64,000 nt of DNA from contig CAYNFE010000004.1 in the NCBI GenBank assembly GCA_964396475.1, forward strand, positions 6,519 to 70,518, written 5' to 3'. The stretch is from Candidatus Woesearchaeota archaeon (lineage in GTDB: Archaea; Nanobdellota; Nanobdellia; Pacearchaeales; UBA284). The translations under genes and the position numbers were made by a program. The notes beneath the pieces were generated by a model that searched no databases, had not been told where the DNA came from, and was given only the letters and a program-made list of their open reading frames with translations. This document shows positions 17,067 through 26,509 of this stretch, in pieces; position 1 is the first letter of the stretch, and each line of letters starts with the position of its first letter.

Positions 17067-18367
17067 AAATAAATCAAATCCTAGAAGAAGTAAGTAAGAA
17101 AATTACTCCATCACAGAAAGAAAAGCTTGCCTTAGATGAAAATCTCTTGGAATTTGAAAGAAAATTAAGACCTAAACTGAAAAAATATAAAGCTAAATTA
17201 TTTGTAGGAGGCAGTCTAGCAAAACAAACACTTATAAAAAGAGATACAAAATATGATATTGACATATTTATTATGTTTAATTATCAGAAATATAAAAATA
17301 AAAGCAAGGAACTATCAAAATATCTCTCAAGCATTCTAAAATCAGCAAAATTAAAATATATTTTACTTAAAGGTTCTAGAGATTATTTTCAATGTAATTT
17401 TAAAGGCCTGCGTATTGAACTTATTCCCATTCTTGAAATTAAAAAACCATCTCAAGCTCTTAATATTACTGATATTTCCCCTCTTCATGTAATTTATATT
17501 TTAAATCAGATAAAAAAGAAAAAGAAAATTGCTAATGAGATAAGAATTGCTAAAGCTTTTTGTTATGGAACTGATTGTTATGGAGCTGAATCCTATATCA
17601 AGGGCTTTTCTGGCTATGTTTTAGAAGTTTTAGTTTCTTATTATGGTTCTTTCTTAAAATTTGTAAAGGCAGCTTCTAGATGGAAAATTCCTACAAAAAC
17701 AGAGAATAGGATAGTTATAGATCCAAGAAGGTATTATAAGAGTAAAAACAAAATTTTCAAAGAATTAAATGAGGCTAAGCTAAAATCTCCTTTAATTTTG
17801 ATTGATCCTGTACAAAAAGAAAGAAATGCTGCAGCAGCTCTAAACTTCAAGACTTTTATTAGATTTATCAAAGCATGTAAAGATTTTCTTGCAAAACCTT
17901 CTGAGAAATTTTTCTTTAGGGAAGCTTTTGATATTAATGCTTGGAAAAAGAAAGCAAAAAAACAGAAAGCAAAATTAGTTATTCTAAAAACTATAAGTAC
18001 AAAAAAGAAAAAAGATATTGCTGGAGCCAAACTAAAGAAATTCTATGAGTTTCTCTTTTTTTATATGAAAAAAAATGGCTTTAAAGTTCTTAGTGGAGAA
18101 TTTGACTTTGATGAGAAGACAATACAATCTAAATTTTATTTTATTTTGAAAGAGCCTTCTAAAATTTATATTATAGCTGGCCCTCCTATTGATATTGATG
18201 TTAAATATATCAAAGCATTTAAGAAAAAATGGAAAGGAGCTTTTGTTAAGAAAAGAAGACTTTATGTTAAAGCAAAGAGAAAAATTTCTAATGTTAAACA
18301 GCTTGTTAAAATCATATCTAAAGCTCAGTTAAAGGAAATGGGTATTAAAGAAATAAAATTAGTATAA
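17051..18367 (+). CDS. cca: CCA-adding tRNA nucleotidyltransferase, archaeal class I
   Basis: Pol-beta nucleotidyltransferase motif GGSLAKQTLIKRDTKYDIDIFIMF and a length of 438 aa typical of the archaeal CCA enzyme. The ATG at 17063 is an alternative start. Confidence 0.75.
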   Translation: MQKKMKINQILEEVSKKITPSQKEKLALDENLLEFERKLRPKLKKYKAKLFVGGSLAKQTLIKRDTKYDIDIFIMFNYQKYKNKSKELSKYLSSILKSAKLKYILLKGSRDYFQCNFKGLRIELIPILEIKKPSQALNITDISPLHVIYILNQIKKKKKIANEIRIAKAFCYGTDCYGAESYIKGFSGYVLEVLVSYYGSFLKFVKAASRWKIPTKTENRIVIDPRRYYKSKNKIFKELNEAKLKSPLILIDPVQKERNAAAALNFKTFIRFIKACKDFLAKPSEKFFFREAFDINAWKKKAKKQKAKLVILKTISTKKKKDIAGAKLKKFYEFLFFYMKKNGFKVLSGEFDFDEKTIQSKFYFILKEPSKIYIIAGPPIDIDVKYIKAFKKKWKGAFVKKRRLYVKAKRKISNVKQLVKIISKAQLKEMGIKEIKLV

Positions 18368-20116
18368 AGTTTTGTGCAATTCTTTGAGATATTTTATTTG
18401 TTCTTTTTTTAATTTTCTGAACTGCCACTTATTGAGATTAAGAATATTTTCTGTGGCCTGTTCTGCACTTATTATTAAGGGTGTTATAACATAATCTGCT
18501 CCTAATTTATACATTTCAAGGGCATCATCAATTCTCTGAGCTGTTACTGCTACAAAAACCTTAGGAAGAAGTTTTTTGAAATATTTTATTACAAGTATAT
18601 TATCTTCTTTTTTTGGAGCTGTTGAAATTACTATTCTAAGCTTTGCAAGAGGAAGATGATTGAAAATTTCTGTATTACCAATATCACCATACATAGATGA
18701 TATCTGTTTTTTTTGCAGAGCATTAATTATTTCTGGATTAAAATCAACAACAAGAATCTTATGCTTTAATCTTTCCAACTTTTTTATAAAAACAGAACCC
18801 ATCCTATGAGCACCTATCAATAAAATAGTTTTCTTTTTCTGGAATTTATATTTTGTTTTCTCTTTCTTTGTTGGAATCTTTTCAATAATCTTAATTGCTC
18901 CTATGGATTTTGAATACAAAGCTAAACTGCCTCTGATTAAATAAGGTGTCAGAGCCATTGTAATTATAGCTACTAAAACAACCATATTGAATGTCTCTTG
19001 CGCTAATACTCCTAAAATCAATCCTTGAAGTGCTAGAATAAGAGAGAATTCAGAAATCTGTGCTAAACTAAAACCTGTCAAAGCACTAGTTCTTGCTGTA
19101 TAGCCAGCAATTCTCACAAATAAAGCTGTCAGGAAAGGTTTGATTATTAAAACTAAAGCCAAAAGAATTACAAAAGGAACAATTACCTTTATCACATTAA
19201 AGGATGTAAGTAACATTCCTAATGAGACAAAAAATATTATTGCAAAAAAGTCTCTTAAAGGGCGAATTTTAGATACGATTTCTGTCTTATAATGAAGATT
19301 AGCTAGAGCCAATCCTCCAATAAATGCTCCTATAATAATTGAGAGTCCTAGAACATAACTTATAGCAGAAAACAAGAAGACAAAAGCAAGAGAGATTATG
19401 AATAAGAGTTCTGTTGATCTCGAAGCAAAATTGAATAATGGTTTTATTATGGTTTTATTCAAGAAAAATGCTATCAATAATAATAAAGTAACTTTTAGTA
19501 ATGCTAGGTAGACAAAAATATGTGTGAATTTGCCTGATAAAATAGCCAATGCAAAAATAGCCACTATATCTTGAATCAATAAAATGCTTATAGCTATTCT
19601 AGCGTGTAAGGTGTTTAGCTCATATTTATCTGCAAAAAGTTTTATTACAAGAATAGTTGAACTTAGAGAGATGATTATGGCAAGATAAAAAGCTTCCAGC
19701 ATCCCAAATCCAAGATATGTTGTGATGAAGAATGTTGCCACACCTATAATGATTATCTGGAAGAAACCAGCAAGCAGAGAACCTATAGATGTTTCTTTTA
19801 ATTTTTTTAGTGATATTTCCATACCTGCCACGAACAATAAGAAAGCTATACCTATCTCTGCCAAGGCTGAAATTAAAACAGTATTTTTAACTAAACCCAA
19901 AACAAGAGGACCGATGACTAAACCAGCCAAGATATAAGCTGGGATTATTTCTTGTTTTAAAAGTTTAAGAATCAATGCAAGTATAGCTGCTATAATAATT
20001 ACTATACTGGTATTAATTAGAATAGCTTGTGTCTCTGGAACATTAGATAAAATGCTTCCTAAAGATGATACACCTTGAAATAGTATATTAGTAATTTCTT
20101 CTAAAGCCATCCTCAC
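18359..20116 (-). CDS. Cation:proton antiporter (CPA2/Kef-type) with C-terminal RCK/TrkA-N domain
   Basis: About 400 aa of TM helices followed by a Rossmann-like ILLIGAHRMGSVFIKKL...VVDFN segment. Confidence 0.85.
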   Translation of the reverse strand: MRMALEEITNILFQGVSSLGSILSNVPETQAILINTSIVIIIAAILALILKLLKQEIIPAYILAGLVIGPLVLGLVKNTVLISALAEIGIAFLLFVAGMEISLKKLKETSIGSLLAGFFQIIIIGVATFFITTYLGFGMLEAFYLAIIISLSSTILVIKLFADKYELNTLHARIAISILLIQDIVAIFALAILSGKFTHIFVYLALLKVTLLLLIAFFLNKTIIKPLFNFASRSTELLFIISLAFVFLFSAISYVLGLSIIIGAFIGGLALANLHYKTEIVSKIRPLRDFFAIIFFVSLGMLLTSFNVIKVIVPFVILLALVLIIKPFLTALFVRIAGYTARTSALTGFSLAQISEFSLILALQGLILGVLAQETFNMVVLVAIITMALTPYLIRGSLALYSKSIGAIKIIEKIPTKKEKTKYKFQKKKTILLIGAHRMGSVFIKKLERLKHKILVVDFNPEIINALQKKQISSMYGDIGNTEIFNHLPLAKLRIVISTAPKKEDNILVIKYFKKLLPKVFVAVTAQRIDDALEMYKLGADYVITPLIISAEQATENILNLNKWQFRKLKKEQIKYLKELHKTLY

Positions 20117-20219
20117 CTCTTTTTAATTTTATTTCTTTTATATACATATTTAAAAAGAAAATGATATAAAAATATTTGCATTGAGTTAAATTTTTAATGT
20201 CTTTTTTCTCTATCTAGCT

Positions 20220-22865
20220 ATGGAAAAAGAGGTAGTGGAAAAAGGGAAGATTTTTTGGCATGCTCTTAGTTCTGATAAAGCATTTGAGAAATTAAAAAGC
20301 AATATTGATGGACTTAGTGATTCTGAAGCTTCTGAACAGCTAAAAGTTTATGGTAGTAATGAACTAAAAAAAATAAGAAGATTAGAACCCCTAAGAATTT
20401 TATTTGAGCAATTCAAGTCTTTTTTCGTTATTCTGCTTATTCTTGCTGCTGTTGTTTCAGCTTTTGTCTCTCATTGGATTGATATGTATGTTATCCTTGG
20501 TATCATAGTATTAAATGCTAGTATTGGTTTTTTTCAGAATTATAAGGCTGAGAAATCTATACAATCTCTTAAAAACTTGTTAGTTACCAAAGCTAAAGTG
20601 ATTCGTTCTGGAATCATGAAAGAAATATCAGCTTCTTATATTGTCCCAGGTGATATACTTGTTTTACAGGAAGGAGACAAGGTTGTGGCTGATTCTAGGA
20701 TTATAGAAACCAGAGACTTACAGACAAACGAAGCTGTTTTGACAGGAGAAAGTATGCCTATTAACAAGTTTTCAAAAATTTTAGATACAGAAACAGATAT
20801 TCATAATAGATTCAATATGCTCTGGAAAGGAACCTCTGTTGTTCGTGGTTCTTGTACAGCACTTGTTGTAGCTACTGGAATGAATACTGAATTTGGTAAG
20901 ATAGCTGGTTTAGTACAGAAGACCAGGGCAGAAAGAACCCCATTGCAAGTAAGGCTTGATAGTTTTGCTAAAAAAATAGGTCTTATTGTGATAATTTTAG
21001 CTGCCCTTATAGCAATTATAGGAATTTCTCTTGGTATTGATAAATTAAGTATGATTTTTACTGCAGTAAGTCTGGCAGTGGCTGCAGTTCCTGAAGGCTT
21101 GCCAGCAGTAATTACTATTGGTCTGGCTATAGCTGTTCAAAGGATGTATAAAGTTAAAAGTTTGATTCGAAAATTGCCTGCTGCTGAAACTTTAGGAAGA
21201 GTCACTGTAATTTGTACAGATAAAACAGGAACTATAACAGAGGAAAAAATGACAGTAACTGACTTATATTTTAATAATAAAATAATTAAAACTGGAAATA
21301 TAAGTAAAGTAAAAGACAAAGCTCTCAAACTAATTCTTAAAATAAATTGTTTATGTAATAATGCCCGCATTGAAAAAATAAAAGATAAGGAAAAAATAAT
21401 TGGTGATCCTACTGAAGCTGCTCTTCTTCATCTAGCTTCTGAGTTTGGTTTTGATAAAAAAATTCTGACTGAACAAGAGCCAAGAGTAAAAGAATTTGCT
21501 TTTACTTCCCAAAGAAAGATTATGTCTATAGTCAGAAAAACAGATTCTGGATTTGTGAGTTATGTAAAGGGTTCTCCTGAAATAATTTTAGAGAGATGCT
21601 CAAAAGAACTTATAGGGAATACAGCTATGAGACTTGTTTCAAGAAGAAGAAAAGAACTTCTTGCAGTGTATGAAGAGATGGCTTCACAAGGTTTGCGAGT
21701 TTTAGGTTTTGCCTACAAACCTGTTAGTAAGAAATTTTCACAAAAAGATGCTGAATCTGAACTTATTTTTGTAGGATTCCAAGGAATGTTAGATCCTCCA
21801 AGAGCTGAAGTCAAGGAAGCAATTAAAGCAGCTAAGGAGGCTAGGATAGCAGTTAAGATGATTACTGGTGATGCTAAGCTGACAGCTGTAGCAGTAGCAA
21901 AACAAATAGGTCTGTTTGGTGAGGCAATTGTTGGCAGAGATATTGAGAAAATGAATGATGAGGAGTTAAGATCTAAATTAAGGAATACTGTAATTTTTGC
22001 AAGAACAACTCCAGAACAAAAATTAAGGATAATAGAATTGCTCAAGAAAGAAAAAGAAATCGTAGCTGTAACTGGTGACGGTGTGAATGACGCTCCTGCT
22101 CTTAAGAGAGCTGATATTGGTATTGCTATGGGTATAAGAGGTACAGATGTGACTAGAGATGTTTCAGATATAATCCTTACAGATGATAATTTTGCTTCTA
22201 TAGCAAAAGCAGTTAAAGAAGGACGTCGTGTTTTTGATAATATAAAGAAATTCTCATACTATCTTCTAAGCAGTAATCTTGCTGAAATTTTCATAATTGT
22301 CTTTGCTCTGATTTTTGCTTCTCGACTTGGCTGGCCAACTATGCTAGCTCTTATTCCTATACAAATATTATGGATAAATCTCGTGAGTGATGGAATAATA
22401 GCCATTACTCTAAGTCTCGAACATCCTGAGGTAGATGTGATGAAAAGAAAACCAACAGAAGCTAAACTATTCACATCTGGAATTGTATTGATATGGTTTC
22501 TACTTGCCATACTTATAACTTTAGGCATTCTTTTCTCTATCAATATGATTACTGCCTTAGATGCAATAAAGCTCCAGACAATTGCATTCACTAGTCTTGT
22601 ATTCTTTGAAGGATTTAATGCAATTAATTTCAGGTCATTCAGACAATCTCTATATAAACTAAAGACTAACTGGATATTGCTTGGGGCCATAATAATATCA
22701 TTCATATTACAAATCTTGATTGTCCAAATACCATTCCTACAATCTCTTTTCGGAACTTCTTCACTAACATTCAAAGAATTTTCAATAATATTTTTAATTT
22801 CTATTTCAATACTATTTGCTGGAGAATTATTTAAATATTTAAAGCCTAGAATATTTAATAAATAA
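20220..22865 (+). CDS. P-type ATPase, Ca2+-transporting (P2 type)
   Basis: TGES, PEGLPAV, phosphorylation site ICTDKTGTIT and hinge TGDGVNDAPALK; 881 aa. Confidence 0.95.
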   Translation: MEKEVVEKGKIFWHALSSDKAFEKLKSNIDGLSDSEASEQLKVYGSNELKKIRRLEPLRILFEQFKSFFVILLILAAVVSAFVSHWIDMYVILGIIVLNASIGFFQNYKAEKSIQSLKNLLVTKAKVIRSGIMKEISASYIVPGDILVLQEGDKVVADSRIIETRDLQTNEAVLTGESMPINKFSKILDTETDIHNRFNMLWKGTSVVRGSCTALVVATGMNTEFGKIAGLVQKTRAERTPLQVRLDSFAKKIGLIVIILAALIAIIGISLGIDKLSMIFTAVSLAVAAVPEGLPAVITIGLAIAVQRMYKVKSLIRKLPAAETLGRVTVICTDKTGTITEEKMTVTDLYFNNKIIKTGNISKVKDKALKLILKINCLCNNARIEKIKDKEKIIGDPTEAALLHLASEFGFDKKILTEQEPRVKEFAFTSQRKIMSIVRKTDSGFVSYVKGSPEIILERCSKELIGNTAMRLVSRRRKELLAVYEEMASQGLRVLGFAYKPVSKKFSQKDAESELIFVGFQGMLDPPRAEVKEAIKAAKEARIAVKMITGDAKLTAVAVAKQIGLFGEAIVGRDIEKMNDEELRSKLRNTVIFARTTPEQKLRIIELLKKEKEIVAVTGDGVNDAPALKRADIGIAMGIRGTDVTRDVSDIILTDDNFASIAKAVKEGRRVFDNIKKFSYYLLSSNLAEIFIIVFALIFASRLGWPTMLALIPIQILWINLVSDGIIAITLSLEHPEVDVMKRKPTEAKLFTSGIVLIWFLLAILITLGILFSINMITALDAIKLQTIAFTSLVFFEGFNAINFRSFRQSLYKLKTNWILLGAIIISFILQILIVQIPFLQSLFGTSSLTFKEFSIIFLISISILFAGELFKYLKPRIFNK

Positions 22866-22883
22866 TAATAGATATAGAGCATA

Positions 22884-22908
22884 AGAATGAAAAAGAGGAA
22901 AGGTAAGA
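22884..22908 (+). repeat. 25-bp direct repeat, copy 1 (AGAATGAAAAAGAGGAAAGGTAAGA)
   Basis: Identical by eye to 24748..24772. A further AATAGATAT match lies upstream of both copies (22868.. and 24723..). Confidence 0.85.
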
Positions 22909-22928
22909 GTAATAGAAAAAAACCATAA
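22887..22928 (+). pseudogene. 13-codon remnant duplicating the 5' end of the GGDEF gene (MKKRKGKSNRKKP*)
   Basis: The first 7 codons are identical in DNA to the start of the gene at 24751; the sequence then diverges and stops. Confidence 0.5.
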
Positions 22929-22943
22929 TTTAACATCTATAAA

Positions 22944-24749
22944 ATGGGTGAGAATAAAACTATTCACAAGTTTAAAATTGAGGAAGAAGAACTCCGTATA
23001 CTCCTAAGTTCAAATAATCATCCATTTCCAGAACTAAAAAAATTTCTTGAAAATCCTCATTTATTTTTAAAAAGTAAAAAAGGGAAAATTTTACTAACAC
23101 AAATTAAAAAAAAGTGCAAAAACCTTGGGGAAATCCCAAAACTTAATCAGAAACTATATGATACATATGAATCAGGGGGTTTAAGGGCTCCATATGAAAT
23201 TCCATATGATGCTCGTAGAGAAAACCTATCTATTGCTGTTTTTTATTATTTATTTGGCTATAATAAATATTTGAAAATTATAGAAGAATATCTTAATGCA
23301 ATTTGTGAGGAACAAAGTTGGATTCCACCTTGGCACGAAGGCAGAATACTTGAAATTTATTCAGCAGATACAGCATTTATATTAGCTGAAATTTTATTTC
23401 TATTACAAGATAGATTGCACAAAAATATTATCAAAAAAGTTAAGGATTCTATTAATGAAAAAGTATTCAACCCATTTTTGTCCAATCCCTTAAAAAGTAA
23501 ATATGATAATGACGTAGATAATTGGACAGGTGTAACTAACAGCGAGATTGGATGTGCATTTTTATTAATTGAAGAAGATGTTAATAGAAAATCAAAAGCT
23601 ATTCACAAAACTATTGAAGGATTAAACAATTTTATTAAGAATTCATTCAATGAAGATGGAAGTACAACAGAAGGGATTCTTTATTGGAATTATGGAATCA
23701 GTATGTTTTTGATTTTTTCTGAAATGTTGAGAGCTTCAACTAACAATAAAATAGATCTATTTAAGATAAAAAAAATTAAGAATATTGCTTCTTATCCTTC
23801 AAAGATACAGCTTAGTCTTAAAGTTTTTGCAACATTTTCAGATTCTTCAGAAACTGGAACAATTTTCCATCCAGGAATTATTCAAAGAATGTCCGAAAGA
23901 TCCCATGAGAAATCTTTGTTAAACTTAATAACTGAACCATTTATTATTGATTGGTTTGGAATTACGACTCTTCTAAGGTATATTTTATGGTGGAATGGTA
24001 AATCTATGAAAGCTGTTAAGATTTCTGATTCATACTTACCTGATGCCGGAATAGTTCGCCTGACTAATAATATAAAGAAGGGGGAATCAATTAACTTGAT
24101 TGTCAAAGCAGGAGATAATGGAGAGAGACATAACCATAACGACGTCGGAAGTTTTATTATTAATATTTCTGGTGAAAATTTTATTACCGACCCTGGAAGA
24201 GGACTATACAGTAAGGGATATCATGATTACCATAATTCAGAAAGATACAAAAATATTTTTACAAATTCTTATGGGCATAGTGTTCCAAAAATTGATAATA
24301 ACCTTCAATCTGCAGGAAGAAAATTTTCTGGTAAAATATTGTCCGTTAAAAAAGAAAAGAATCTAAAATCCGTAAATCTTAAAATGTCGGAGAGCTATAA
24401 TATTCCTAAGTTGAAAAATCTCATTCGTAATATATCAATTATTAATAATAACCTAATATTAAAGGATAAATATTTATTTTCAAACAATTCTCCGAAAATT
24501 GAAGAGGCATTCATTACTTGGCTTGATGTTATTGTAAGGGGGAATACAGCAATCATCTCTGGTAAGAATAACAAACTTATACTTACAATTAAAGAACCAA
24601 AAAACACCCGATTTCATCTAGAAAAATTGAAAAAAGAAAGTAGAGAAAATAAAAAATCTAGAATATTAAAGAGAATAAGTTTTATAATCCCAAAAACTAA
24701 CAGCAACAAAGTTAATATAAAAATAGATATGAATCTAAAGATTGAATAG
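22944..24749 (+). CDS. Heparinase II/III-like (polysaccharide lyase-like) protein
   Basis: KAGDNGERHNHNDVGSFIINISGENFITDPGRGLYSKGY matches the HxHxDxxSF...G...D.G..Y core of the heparinase II/III family. 601 aa, with no obvious signal peptide. Confidence 0.6.
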   Translation: MGENKTIHKFKIEEEELRILLSSNNHPFPELKKFLENPHLFLKSKKGKILLTQIKKKCKNLGEIPKLNQKLYDTYESGGLRAPYEIPYDARRENLSIAVFYYLFGYNKYLKIIEEYLNAICEEQSWIPPWHEGRILEIYSADTAFILAEILFLLQDRLHKNIIKKVKDSINEKVFNPFLSNPLKSKYDNDVDNWTGVTNSEIGCAFLLIEEDVNRKSKAIHKTIEGLNNFIKNSFNEDGSTTEGILYWNYGISMFLIFSEMLRASTNNKIDLFKIKKIKNIASYPSKIQLSLKVFATFSDSSETGTIFHPGIIQRMSERSHEKSLLNLITEPFIIDWFGITTLLRYILWWNGKSMKAVKISDSYLPDAGIVRLTNNIKKGESINLIVKAGDNGERHNHNDVGSFIINISGENFITDPGRGLYSKGYHDYHNSERYKNIFTNSYGHSVPKIDNNLQSAGRKFSGKILSVKKEKNLKSVNLKMSESYNIPKLKNLIRNISIINNNLILKDKYLFSNNSPKIEEAFITWLDVIVRGNTAIISGKNNKLILTIKEPKNTRFHLEKLKKESRENKKSRILKRISFIIPKTNSNKVNIKIDMNLKIE

Positions 24750-24772
24750 AATGAAAAAGAGGAAAGGTAAGA
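24748..24772 (+). repeat. 25-bp direct repeat, copy 2
   Basis: Identical to 22884..22908; it spans the heparinase-like stop codon and the GGDEF start codon. Confidence 0.85.
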
Positions 24773-25392
24773 AAGAAGAAAGGTATGTTAAATTAGATGA
24801 GATAAGTAAACAAATTAAGAGTGAAATAAAAAAGCCAAAACCAGAAGTTCGAGCTCTTGGAAGACTTTTTAATGAGCTCTATTCATATGCAACAAGAGAT
24901 CATCTAACTGGTGTATTCAACAGAAGAATTCTTGATGAATTACTTGGTAGAGAGATGGAAAAATCAATAAGACAGGGATTGCCTCTAGCTGTTATAATGC
25001 TTGACATTGATAATTTTAAACAATATAATGATACATATGGTCATTTACAAGGAGACATGGCTCTTAGAGCTATAACAAAAACAATTCAAAGATTAACGAG
25101 AAAAGAAGATTTTGTTGCGAGATATGGAGGAGAAGAATTCATTATTGTACTTCCAAACACGAAACTGAAAAAAGCAAGAGAAATAGCTGAAAGAATAAGA
25201 AAAAAGATTACAGAAACAAAAATAAAAGCAATAAGTAAAAGGATTGAAAAAGGATTTGAAAAAATTACAGTAAGCATGGGCATATCTAAATTAACAGAAG
25301 CAGGAATACAATATATGTTAGATCAGGCTGATATTGCTCTATACAAAGCAAAAGAAAAAGGCAAGAATCAAGTTGTTATGATTAATGATTAA
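24751..25392 (+). CDS. GGDEF domain diguanylate cyclase (stand-alone, with a short N-terminal helix)
   Basis: RDHLTGVFNRR, the active-site variant RYGGEEF, an RKED I-site exactly 5 residues upstream of it, and a C-terminal ALYKAKEKGKNQV. The start is placed at the ATG at 24751 rather than the TTG at 24742. Confidence 0.9.
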   Translation: MKKRKGKKEERYVKLDEISKQIKSEIKKPKPEVRALGRLFNELYSYATRDHLTGVFNRRILDELLGREMEKSIRQGLPLAVIMLDIDNFKQYNDTYGHLQGDMALRAITKTIQRLTRKEDFVARYGGEEFIIVLPNTKLKKAREIAERIRKKITETKIKAISKRIEKGFEKITVSMGISKLTEAGIQYMLDQADIALYKAKEKGKNQVVMIND

Positions 25393-25438
25393 TATAATTT
25401 TAAAAAAGAGGAAATAAAAAAATAATTAAAATAAAAAA

Positions 25439-26395
25439 ATGTTATGGATAAATTTGTTATTTTTTGTTCTTTCATGCGCGATTCTTTTTGGAAGCGGAAC
25501 CTTTCTTGTTAAAAGTCTTGGAAAAATTTCAGTATTTTTACGTATTAGTGAATTTATGGCAGCCTTCATAATTATGGCAATAGCAACCTCATTGCCAGAA
25601 ATTTTTGTCGGAATAAGTTCTGCTCTAGCCAAAAATACTGCTATTAGTTTGGGAAATGTTATTGGTTCTAATATAGCTGATTTTGCTTTAGTAGGAGGTA
25701 TAATGATTTTATTGGCCCGAGGAATAAAAATTAAAAGAAAAGATATTAAAATAGATTCTTTATTTCTTATTCCAATAGTAATTTTACCACTTGTCTTATT
25801 CTTTATAGATGGTTCATTAAATTGGATTGATGGGATAATACTTATAGCAGCATTTTGTTTTTATTCTTGGCGCATTCTTAAAAGAAGAAAGAAATTCAAG
25901 AAACTCCTGGAAGAAAAAACAAAAATAAAGAAAAATGAAATAGTGCTTTTTTCTATAATTTTTATTGCTTCTTTAGTTCTTCTCTTCTTAAGTTCTTATT
26001 TTGTCGTTAAATATGCCACTGTCTTATCTCTAGAATTAATGTTGCCCCCTATTTTTATTGGTCTATTCTTGGTTGCCATAGGCACTTCATTACCAGAACT
26101 TGCTTTTGAATCTAGGGCTGCACAACTCGGACGTGGAGAAATGGCTTTAGGAGATTTAATAGGAAGCGTTGTTGTAAACTCAACTCTTGTTCTTGGCATA
26201 ACAGCATTAATCTTCCCTATTACTGCTAACCTAATGCTTGTTCTTGTAAGTGCAATATTCCTTGTCTTGTTAACATTTCTATTCGCAACCTTCATGCACA
26301 GTGGTTCTAGATTATATGTAATGGAAGGAATTGCTCTCTTGTTGCTTTACGTTTTCTTTGTCTTTATTCAATTTTATTTAGGGTTTGTTCAGTAA
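25439..26395 (+). CDS. Ca2+/cation antiporter (CaCA family, YrbG/NCX-like)
   Basis: Two alpha-repeats, GNVIGSNIADFALVGG and GDLIGSVVVNSTLVLG, separated by a basic loop; 318 aa. Confidence 0.85.
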   Translation: MLWINLLFFVLSCAILFGSGTFLVKSLGKISVFLRISEFMAAFIIMAIATSLPEIFVGISSALAKNTAISLGNVIGSNIADFALVGGIMILLARGIKIKRKDIKIDSLFLIPIVILPLVLFFIDGSLNWIDGIILIAAFCFYSWRILKRRKKFKKLLEEKTKIKKNEIVLFSIIFIASLVLLFLSSYFVVKYATVLSLELMLPPIFIGLFLVAIGTSLPELAFESRAAQLGRGEMALGDLIGSVVVNSTLVLGITALIFPITANLMLVLVSAIFLVLLTFLFATFMHSGSRLYVMEGIALLLLYVFFVFIQFYLGFVQ

Positions 26396-26443
26396 ATTTT
26401 ATTTAATAGATTGAATTTTAGAACAATAATATTTATAAAGAAA

Positions 26444-26459
26444 ATACAACATCTTGTTT
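26444..26459 (+). promoter_or_regulatory. Candidate NrdR box 1 (ATACAACATCTTGTTT)
   Basis: Matches all six strongly conserved positions of the remembered NrdR-box consensus acaCwAtATaTwGtgt (12/16 overall). Confidence 0.5.
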
Positions 26460-26474
26460 CCATAATTAAAAGAG

Positions 26475-26490
26475 GCACAATATATGGTTG
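26475..26490 (+). promoter_or_regulatory. Candidate NrdR box 2 (GCACAATATATGGTTG)
   Basis: 12/16 match to the consensus, including all six conserved positions. It starts 31 bp after box 1 (three helical turns) and ends 20 nt upstream of the nrdR ATG. Confidence 0.55.
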
Positions 26491-26509
26491 CTTTAACTTT
26501 ATTAAAAAA

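Noticed and set aside
22259-22936. 225-aa minus-strand ORF opposite the 3' end of the P-type ATPase
   Set aside because: It is entirely antisense to a very strongly supported gene, and its hydrophobic/Ile-rich composition is typical of antisense TM-coding DNA.
24100-24366. 88-aa same-strand alternative-frame ORF inside the heparinase-like gene
   Set aside because: It is nested in a longer ORF that carries the family motif at exactly this position (HNHNDVGSF).
26411-26509. 33-codon N-terminal extension of NrdR given in the ORF track
   Set aside because: NrdR proteins begin at the MxCPxC zinc ribbon. The extension is AT-rich, covers the two NrdR-box candidates, and the ATG at 26510 has AAGAGG upstream.
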